A stretch of DNA of 64,000 nt from Macrostomum lignano. Lineage: Eukaryota. The position numbers and the translations under genes are program-made. Below the pieces are notes generated by a model, which saw nothing but the letters and a program-made list of their open reading frames with translations, ran no database searches and was not told the DNA's origin. Shown here piece after piece: positions 55,395-64,000 of the stretch. Positions within the stretch are counted from its first letter, which is position 1. Each line of letters opens with the position of its first letter. The stretch covers positions 62,001 to 126,000 of the forward strand of contig NIVC01000095.1 of NCBI GenBank assembly GCA_002269645.1, written 5' to 3'.

Positions 55395-57176
55395 CCTTAG
55401 TGCATTCAAAAAGTTCTTAGACACCCCTCATATCTCTGCATCTGTTTGACCGATTTTGAAAAGAATTTATACAAACATGGGTCTATATTTTGATGAATTC
55501 AGTGCTAGAGTTTCAGCTTGGTTGTATAGACAGAACGAAAGCAATCGATCATTTACTGACGAACCTACGAAATTAGCAATACAATTTTTAAACAGCATCG
55601 GATCTGGACCTCACTCTAAACTGGGGGGGGGGTTGTGAAATCGCATCTTGTTTTTAGAGGAATAAAATCTTTCGCTGAGTATTGATTAATCATTACTTTC
55701 AAGCTGCGAGGGTTTAGCCATAGACAAAAAAGATAGAACAAAGCAGTAGGCAGCATTAGACTGAGTGTGCAGAATGAACGTCAGATTGAAATGCTGAGAT
55801 GCAGAACCAACCTTGGACGGTTTAAGAATGGCTAGTGCATATGGCGATAAAGTTTCGCAGCGCCTGATCGTTTTTGCTTTTGCGGATGAAGGCATGTCCG
55901 TGAACACTATCCACCAGAGATTAGTCAGCCATTTTGGAGATGATGCCTGCTGTCGAGCAACCGTCGCGAACTGGGTCCAGAAGAGAAAGGACGGCGAAAC
56001 GAGCATGCAGGACAAGCCACGCTCAGGCTGACCAGCTACTGCAGTCAACGACAGCAGTGCCATCCTGATCGAAGAGCTGGTAAGTGAAAACGGCCACATC
56101 ACTATTGACGAGTTGGCCAATGCCGCCGAGATTTCGTGTGGCTTGGTCTTCCAAATTCTGCACAAGCATCTTGGTCTGTCAAAGCTGGTCTCTCGATGGG
56201 TGCCAAGACTGCTAACTGCCAAGCAGAAAAATCGCCGATACAAAGTCTGCTTGCAACAAAGGGCGGCAATTTCAGCTCTGGGAGACGAGTTCAAAAGCAG
56301 ATTTGTAACTCAAGATGAGTCCATGTTTGCCCTGTACAACCCACTCTCCCGGCGGGAGTCGAGGGCCTGGCTTCCAAGGGGCGGCGGCGGTGGTGACATC
56401 GAAAGCGCAGGCACCTATCCCAAGAAGATCATGTTAAGTGTTTTTTGGGATGCGAGCGGGCCCCTCATTTTCACGTGGTAGGCCCTACGGCCAAGGCCAG
56501 ACACAGAACAGCGAGCGGTTTTGTGACGAGCTCACGAGGCTAAGACAGGAGCTACTGCAACGGCGTCGGATTGTGCGCAAGGGCGTCTTGCTGCACTGCG
56601 ACAATGCCCGGCCGCACTCGGCAGCCCTCACTCACTCTCACATCGACAGCCTCAGATTCCAGCAGTGGCAGCATCCGCCCTACTCGCCTGATTTGGCACC
56701 GTCTGACTATGGCCTTTTTGGACACGTCAAGGCGCAGCTGAGAGGCAAGAGGTTCGCTAGCTTCCCCAAGCTGCAAACGGCTGTTGAGGGGCTCATCAGA
56801 GCGACTCCTAGAGACATGTGGTTAGGATGGATCGAAGAGCTGCCGATGCAGTATGACAAGTGCATTAAACGGAATGGTGATTACTTCGAAGATTTTCATG
56901 ATTGGTGATCTGATTTTTGAAGTTTAGGAACTTGCCAACTTGAACTGTTTGCCCTTTTGCTTGTACATTTTGTTATGTGCTTAAAATTGTATTGCTAATT
57001 TCATAGGTTCATCAGTAAATGATCGATTGCTTTCATTCTGTCTATACGACCAAGCTGAAACTCTAGCACTGAATTCATCAAAATATAGACCCATGTTTGT
57101 ATAAATTCTCATCAAAATCGGTTGAACAGATGCAGAGATATGAGGGGTGTCTAAGAACTTTTTGAATGCACTTAGG
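55395..57176 (+). mobile_element. Mariner (DD34D) DNA transposon with ~194-bp TIRs and TA TSD
   Basis: TIRs 55395-55588 and 56983-57176; TA at 55393-55394 and 57177-57178. Confidence 0.92.
55828..56908 (+). pseudogene. Mariner transposase, disrupted by a TGA (56029-56031) and a frameshift near 56480
   Basis: WVPRLL, TQDES, HCDNARPH, HPPYSPDLAPSDY; 34 residues between the 2nd and 3rd Asp; RSG*P where GRP is expected. Confidence 0.92.
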
Positions 57177-57473
57177 TATATTATAGAGTTTATATTTTAG
57201 AACAACAATTTAAGTCATATAAAAATTTATAATTAGATTTCTTATAATAATTTTTATAGTAGAATATAGGCCTACTCAAACAATTAATTTGTGCCAAAAA
57301 AACCAAAAAATCCAATATAAAATTTTGAATAAAATTTTACATGTATAATCTCTTTGCAATAACCTTAGCAATACAATAGCAATCTCATGTAAGCCTTGAC
57401 TTCTCAGCAATTTTCCCATAAGCCTTGGTTAGTGGCAATGTTGCAGTTTGTTTTGCGTAATTATTTTTACTTT

Positions 57474-58312
57474 GGCAGTTGTTATTTGTCTGGTGACCGG
57501 ATGAATAGCCTTTTTGCTATTAAAGTTTAAATAGGTTAAATTGCTAACACAAATATCTTATTTGTTTTGTGATGAATATTCTAGATTTTTAAGACCTTTT
57601 CTTGTATATTGATTAATATTTTCTTGTATACTAGAGTGTAAGCAAAGAATTCGGCATAATTTGGTGTATAAGAAACATACTAGTATAATAATATAGGGCC
57701 CTAATAATCAAGATACGAGTAAGAAGTCTTTGAAGTCTAGGAATATTTATCCTTATGGTTTTTATGAACTAGATATTTTAGCATTATCAATTTAACCGGA
57801 CAAATAACAAAATGTTTATTTGTCCGGTATTAACTGGATAAATAAGAAAGCATGGTCAGCATCCAGTAACCAGACAAATAACTAGAGGTTGGACGGGATC
57901 CCGATCCCAATATCTCGGGATCCCAAGGAAAATTGAATTCCCGTGGGACTAGAATCCCGACCCTAAAAAAGTCGAGATTCGGGAACAGGTCTTTTGATTA
58001 ATAATTTATAGAATTAGTGATTACTTAAAGGTATTTTGCTTCAACTTGTACTCGTTATATTATTTACTTTGTTGGTTACAAAACTTCATATCAATTTCGT
58101 TGTGTTTTACTTCTTGATCTTGACAATCTTTTCTCAATTTTGTTTAACTTTACATGGACAATACACTAAAAGACCTGATCCCAATTCCCGATCCCGATCC
58201 CGAGAAAAAAATTATTCCCAATCCCGATCCCGCCCGAAGATTTCAATCCCGTCCGACCTCTACAAATAACCATATCACTATTTGTCCAGTCACCAGACAA
58301 ATAACAACTGCC
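57474..58312. mobile_element. Mutator-like MITE, 35-bp TIR GGCAGTTGTTATTTGTCTGGTGAC..., 9-bp TSD TTTTACTTT
   Basis: TSD at 57465-57473 and 58313-58321; internal CCRGACAAATAAC subrepeats. Confidence 0.8.
57883..58262. mobile_element. hAT-like MITE, 17-bp TIR TAGAGGTYGGACGGGAT, 8-bp TSD CAAATAAC
   Basis: TSD at 57875-57882 and 58263-58270; internal ATCCCG subrepeats. Confidence 0.88.
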
Positions 58313-59272
58313 TTTTACTTTTGAATGCACCAATGTGTCATGGAGGGTTTAAATTTGTGCTGACTTGTCATGCCACATTATCCTAAAAGGCCATAGGGCC
58401 AGACACCTTTGGGCAAGTTTTAGTGAGAGGTGAAGGTAGCAATCTTTTACACTGCTCAAGATTTCCCAACCTAGAATTGCTTAAGATATACAATATTTTG
58501 CAAGTCATGGCAAGATGTCTAGCTGCACAATCATTTATAATCCCACCTGCTAGGGTTGTACCTGCTGCCGAGCTGCTGAATCTGATGGATGGCACATTCC
58601 CTTTGCGCTACATGTATGATTGTATGATATGACTTATCTTGAAGAGTTCCTCTGGCATTGCATATACCCTACTAACGTCTTTGGTGCAGTGCTGTATTGG
58701 ATTGCCCATTACTATCCCCTGTATTCAAAAGTAAAAATAATTATGCGAAACAAACTGCAACATTGCTGCCTTAGTATATCAATTCCACTTTGACATCTTA
58801 TCTTTAGCAATTCTTCCTATAATTCTTAACATATCAGGCTCCCCCTTGACATCTCAGCAGTTAGATAGGCCTAATACTATCATATTTAATACTTTTCATA
58901 GACAAATGACTAGGCCCTACTGCCCTAGGCCAATACTATATTAGGCCCTATATGATGATTTATATTATACTTTTGCAAATGAAAGTCAGAGTGATAAGCC
59001 TAGTCAAGTGATAACGATAAGCCTAGGCCCTCAACAAACTGATAGCAGACGAAATGGCCATCAACTGGACATAGCCTAGGAGGGAGTTGGGAGTAGGACT
59101 TTCTTACTTAGCCTAGGCCTCAATGAAGTTCCTATATTTAGATAGAGTCATAGAGACAGGCAAGGTGCGGCAGGTGCCAAGGTAGGTCTAGAAAAATAGA
59201 AATTTTTATTATTATCTGAGACTGAGACTAGGCCTAGCCATATGTCAAACACTAGGTCTACACTACACACAC

Positions 59273-60003
59273 GGGTAGCTGACTATTCGTCTCCCGACTA
59301 TTCGTCTGCCGGCTATTCCGCATAGAAAATGGAGGGTGATTTGGAAAGGGCCATACTTACTGCCGGCAGACGAACAGTATAAATTGAAAGTTTCAAAAAT
59401 TTTCAAGAAGTGCTACACTAATAAGCAAAAAGATTCTAAAATTTTTATCACCTATGTTCTACAAACAGTATTATTTTAGAATTTTTAGAAAACAAAGAAA
59501 GGTTGGCTTTGTTAAAAGTTCTAGTTTCTTAGAATTTTTTACGGTGGTGGCGCGCGCCACCAGCGTACCGTGATTCATTGCAACGTTGCATTGGCAAAGT
59601 GTATAAAAGTCATTTTCGATAGCAGGGTACTTTCATTTGTGTAGATTACAATACAATGGCTTTCATTTTTTACTGCGGCATGGTTTAGAAAAGTATAAGA
59701 CATGCAGCAACTACTGCCTTAGTCCGGATCGTATAGTGACGCATTAAAACGACTACATGTATAACAAAGTTAGGAACTTTACTATCCTATAAGTTACCGC
59801 AACGCCTGTTGCCGATACGAATTGTTGCTGAAACATCTGTCGCCGAAACGTCAATTGCCACCGAAGTGTCCAGAAACCTATGTCGGTACCGGAATTACCA
59901 CGCACATCCTCTATTTAGCACCGGCAGACGAATAGTCCACTGGCCATTTGCCCAGGGCAGACGAATAGTCCGGCAGACGAATAGTCCGGCAGACGAATAG
60001 TCC
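59273..60003. mobile_element. Non-autonomous DNA element remnant with inverted GACTATTCGTCTGCCGG subterminal repeats
   Basis: GACTATTCGTCT copies at 59281-59310, reverse-complement copies at 59920-60002; ends undefined. Confidence 0.45.
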
Positions 60004-61109
60004 TCCAACTGATTCACGTTGGGTTTCAACTGATTCACACTGGGTTTTAACTGATTCACACTGCAGGGTTTCAACTGCATGGATCCACACACACAAGCCA
60101 AAAGCGAAATGTTTCATTTTTTCATTGTACTAGGCCTAGGCCCTAATCTAATTCAAATCATCTATAGGTATTCTAGGCCTAATGTCCATGCCATAAACTG
60201 ATACGATACCACAAGTCCACAACCCTAGGCCCTAACCTAGTAACCTTGAACTTTTTAGGCTTACTAATAGTTAAAACAGGCCTAGCACAAGTTCCATCAC
60301 TGACCAGGGTCAGTCAAACAAAGACGGCGAAAGAGCGCAGCACATGGCCAAAGGGACACGTCACACACCATATGTCACGCTCACGCGCCATGACAGATGA
60401 CACGCAAAAGACGCAGACCAAGAAGAGTCTGCAGAGCAGCAGTAGTAGTAGTATAGTAAGTTTGGCTCAGGCAAAGAACCTGTTTTGCCAATATGATTCG
60501 ATGTATTTAATATTTATTCAAAAAGTTAATTATTTTTATATTATGATGAATACGAGTTACGATATATGTTAAACTTAAGTACAGTAAAGCCAATTAATAA
60601 TTGTAGTTAACTTTTAAGGCCTAAAAATCTTTAAAAAATTACAGAAGGAAGGCATAATTATATGGGAAGCACAAGAATTGCCTGCAGACTATAGGAGTAT
60701 ATTTGCCTGTCGAGATTTGCCCGCCGACCAATTTTTTGCCAAGATTTGCCTGCAGTGCATTTTGCCCGCGAGCTTTTCCTGCGCTGATCAACTTCGCCCG
60801 CAATGCTTTTTTACTCCAGTGCGTATTTTGCCACACGGCAGATGTTTTCTGCATTGCCCCCAAATGCTAGTAAGTCTTGATAAAGAGATTTAGGGGACAA
60901 AGCGACATGGTATGCATGAATTAATAGCTCACCGATATACCCATATCAGTGCATGTAAAGAGAAATGAAAACCCACAAGAAAAATATCAATAATGCATTT
61001 GAGATATATGTAGTTTACTCATGTATCGAAACTGTTTGATCAAGTAAATCTCTATTAGACTTACTTTATAAACATTGAGGGGGGGCAATACAGACAAAAT
61101 CTCTCACAG

Positions 61110-61410
61110 GAAATTCTCTCGCGGGCAATTATCTCGCGGTCAATTCGATCTCTCGCGAGCATGATTCTCTCGCGGGCAATTCTCTCGCGGGCAATTATCT
61201 CGCGGGAAATTCTCTCGCGAGCATGATTCTCTCGTCGGCAATTCTCTCGCGGGCAATAATCTCGCGGGCAATAATCTCGCGGGCAATTATCTCACGGGCA
61301 ATTCTCTCGCGGGCAATTCTCGGTGGGAAAAGCTTGGCGGGAAAAGCTTGGCGGGCAAACCTCGGCGGGCAAATATCCTGCGGGCAAAACTCGTCTGCGG
61401 GAAAATCTCA
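61110..61410. repeat. 15-bp repeat CTCGCGGGCAATTCT, with inverted TTTGCCCGC motifs at 60700-60800
   Basis: Period 15 (61261 and 61276); probably subterminal repeats of a DNA transposon. Confidence 0.7.
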
Positions 61411-61699
61411 TGGACCCAATTATATGGATATCGAAAAGGTAAATCTAACGACCGAGATCCTTAAAAATGACCTATACTGTACGTATAGTTGCTACAGTGT
61501 GCAGATGAGATCGCGTACGAAGGTTTCTCTAATTTCATATTTTGTAGCATAGGAAGCATGCACTTGAAGCCATGCACGCAGGAGTGTTAGACATTAAAAT
61601 GAGTTCAAGTGCTTGGAAGTTAAACAATGGGTTACATTTTGGGTGAAAATCTCTCATTTTTACTTCTACAAGTAGTTTTCTAGCGCATAAGCATGCAGT

Positions 61700-62584
61700 T
61701 CAGATCAGACGCAGCTCTCGCAGTCTCTCAGCCTCAACCAGGCGAGCTTCCCGTTCCAGCTGTTCAACTTCTGCTTGTTTATCCAGCGCATCGGCTAGTT
61801 TGCGCGAGTACTCTTTATCGCACAGCGACACAACCGGTCTACCGGCAATGCAGTAGATTCTATCGTTGCCTAACAACCGTTGTAGTCGACGCCGGGCAGT
61901 CAGGGGCGGATCAATCCTGATGCACAGGCCGGCGAAGTGGTCCCGACGGTTGGCCGCCAGATCGAAGTTGCGACGCACCGATTCGGCGATTGCTTCGCGC
62001 CAGCGCGGATCTCGCGAGCCGCGCCGACGATCGGGGCCGAGTTGCTTCCGCTGTCGGCCAGTCTGCTGCTGCTGCTGTTGCTGCAGGTCGAACACGTCGT
62101 CATCATTCTCGTCGTCTTCTTCGTTCAACTGCCGACAGTAATTCCGACCGACGAAGTTCCTGGCCGTGTCGCAGCCGCCGCCGCCGCCGCTACCGCCGCT
62201 GCTGCTGCACAGGTGCTTGTCAATAACGCTGTCCCAGCTAGAAGCAAGGAACACAGAGTCTTTGCGCTCTCGGCGTGGTCGTCGACTAGGTCTGTCGCCG
62301 CCTTCGGAGCTGTCCCGAGCGTCGCTAGCCAGCCAAGGAAACGGGTTGGAGTCGGACAGGGAGGGGAAATGAAAGTGCTCGATAGACAGGCTGGGGTGCC
62401 GGTGAAACATGCCGTGAGACAGGATGGTTGGATGGCAGTTGCGCTGCTGCTTGGACGAGCGCTTGCTTTTGGAACCGGCTTTTGAATTTGCAGAATCTGC
62501 AGTCGCCGCTGCTGCCGCCGCTTTGTTCCGCTTGGCAACGGACGAGAAACACGGATCTAATTGAGATCTCTGCTTGGATTGCAT
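61700..62584 (-). CDS. Uncharacterised protein (294 aa), low-complexity N-half, helical/coiled-coil C-terminus
   Basis: GC-rich ORF with the same polyQ/polyA coding style as the cyclin exons; AG acceptor 8 nt before the ATG; no family recognised. Confidence 0.7.
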   Translation of the reverse strand: MQSKQRSQLDPCFSSVAKRNKAAAAAATADSANSKAGSKSKRSSKQQRNCHPTILSHGMFHRHPSLSIEHFHFPSLSDSNPFPWLASDARDSSEGGDRPSRRPRRERKDSVFLASSWDSVIDKHLCSSSGGSGGGGGCDTARNFVGRNYCRQLNEEDDENDDDVFDLQQQQQQQTGRQRKQLGPDRRRGSRDPRWREAIAESVRRNFDLAANRRDHFAGLCIRIDPPLTARRRLQRLLGNDRIYCIAGRPVVSLCDKEYSRKLADALDKQAEVEQLEREARLVEAERLRELRLI

Positions 62585-63139
62585 ATTGCGACCTATTTTA
62601 TTTTCGCCTAAGACCTTTTAGCTTATTAGGGGAGCCGTTAGAATCGGTTCAATAAAAGCAGCAAAATCCACAGGAAGGCAAGAAGGCAGAGAAAAAATCA
62701 GGTCGCATCTAAATTCAAGTCTCGTGTCGCTCGGTCGTCAGAGGCTTTATTATAAAAAAGGAAATTAGCATGCAAATTAGAGAATTGGAACTGCTTGTAA
62801 AATTCTGCTATGGGTCTTCAGCTGTTGCTGGGGGTGTTGTTGACTTTCCTGTCACGACGCTGTAACTTTATATTGCCTATAGCTTTCGCCAGTTTAAGTT
62901 GTGACTTGAATTAATTACTTATTTGCCGTGTGCTAACAGCTGTTGTGACAGATGCGGTCCAGGCCTATCACGGTTGTATTTTGTTATTCACAGAACTGCC
63001 ACTTCACGTTTTCTATACTCTTAACTATAGAATAATAAAATAATAAATTGATTACACCTGCTCTCTAATAATGAGCAGATGTGCAACCGACAGCTCAGCC
63101 GCAGCTATTGCGCGGCGCATCTGAGAGCTGCGTACGGCT

Positions 63140-63305
63140 GTTCAGTCCAAGGACTGGGGGATCGCCACACACACCCTCAATTACCCCAGCATTACAGAGT
63201 TAAGTGTCTTGCTCAAGGACACAGCTAGATTGTTCCGGGTGAGTCGAGAATCGAACCCAGACCTTCCAGTCGTAAGTCCGACGCTCCAACCACTGACTAC
63301 AACCC
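63140..63305 (-). mobile_element. tRNA-derived SINE with a CORE-like central motif
   Basis: A-box TAGTCAGTGG, B-box GGTTCGATTC, then GCTGTGTCCTTGAGCAAGACACTTAACTC resembling the CORE-SINE core. Confidence 0.7.
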
Positions 63306-63444
63306 TAAATATAGAAAGAATGTTCATACATGTACGAGAGTAGTTCTAATCTTCGCTTTCTATTTATTGATTTTGTCAAGGCAAAGTAGGAAAGTGCAGT
63401 GGAAACTGGCAAGTGTTAACATCGTATACTGTATTTGTGCCATA

Positions 63445-64000
63445 GACACTATAGTGAATATCGTGCATTCGTGCCATAGACACTATAGTGAATATCGTGC
63501 ATTCGTGCCATAGACACTATAGTGAATATCCTGCATTTGTACCATAGACACTATAGTGAATATCCTGTATTTGTACCATAGACACTATAGTGAATATCCT
63601 GCATCTGTACCATAGACACTATAGTGAATATCGTGCATTTGTGCCATAGACACTATAGTGAATATCGTGCATTCGTGCCATAGACACTATAGTGAATATC
63701 CTGCATTCGTGCCATAGACACTATAGTGAATATCGTGCATTTGTGTCATAGACACTATAGTGAATATCGTGCATTCGTGCCATAGACACTATAGTGAATA
63801 TCGTGCATTTGTGTCATAGACACTATAGTGAATATCGTGCATTTGTGTCATAGACACTATAGTGAATATCGTGCATTTGTGTCATAGACACTATAGTGAA
63901 TATCGTGCATTCGTGCCATAGACACTATAGTGAATATCGTGCATTCGTGCCAAAGACACTATAGTGAATATCGTGCATTTGTGCCATAGACACTATAGTG
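63445..64000. repeat. 34-bp minisatellite CACTATAGTGAATATCGTGCATTCGTGCCATAGA (runs off the window)
   Basis: Period 34 (63481 and 63515); each unit holds the palindrome CACTATAGTG. Confidence 0.96.

Larger units (their letters stand above)
57435..58766. mobile_element. Outer TIR element (46-bp TIR reconstructed after removing the inserts)
   Basis: GCAATGTTGCAGTTTGTTTYGCRTAATTATTTTTACTTTTGAATRC: left copy split at 57473/58313, right copy ~58721-58766; no TSD found. Confidence 0.6.

Noticed and set aside
63230-63305. Functional tRNA gene (TAC loop, Val-like); likewise 16390-16459
   Set aside because: Acceptor and D stems do not pair fully and both run into SINE bodies, so they are called SINE heads.
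63445-64000. GACACTATAG / CTATAGTGA similarity to SP6/T7 phage promoters (vector contamination)
   Set aside because: Only a 9-10-bp match inside a degenerate 34-bp genomic minisatellite; no other vector sequence.

Overview
Animal nuclear genomic DNA: spliced GT-AG genes with GC-rich exons in an AT-rich background packed with micro- and minisatellites. The style (polyQ exons, GACA/GATA arrays, intronic minisatellites, lophotrochozoan-type troponins) suggests a free-living flatworm such as Macrostomum; this is inference only. Hand-spliced genes: trans-3-hydroxy-L-proline dehydratase (+, 2 exons), troponin C (-, 6 exons), a GPR153/162-like orphan GPCR (-, 5 exons), troponin T (+, 11 exons), serine dehydratase (-, 3 exons) and cyclin B3-like (-, 5 exons). 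There are three orphan ORFs, one a secreted/GPI-like protein with 21 xIKxDGG heptads. Mobile DNA: a young, structurally complete Ngaro-type tyrosine-recombinase retrotransposon (A1-ORFs-B1-A2-B2) inserted in a tRNA-SINE inserted in a Gypsy remnant; a DD34D mariner with 194-bp TIRs; three nested MITEs; LINE fragments; a CORE-like SINE. Most interesting: (1) the Ngaro gag, RT/RNaseH and recombinase share ONE reading frame broken by a single UGA, with phase-compatible splice signals that would make a Gag-recombinase fusion; (2) a CpG-free, C>T/G>A-hypermutated, TAGGCCTA-rich domain upstream of cyclin B3, plus CpG-biased TIR mismatches pointing to germline methylation of repeats; (3) troponin C and T genes 25 kb apart. 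All splicing, counts and alignments were done by eye; no database search was run.
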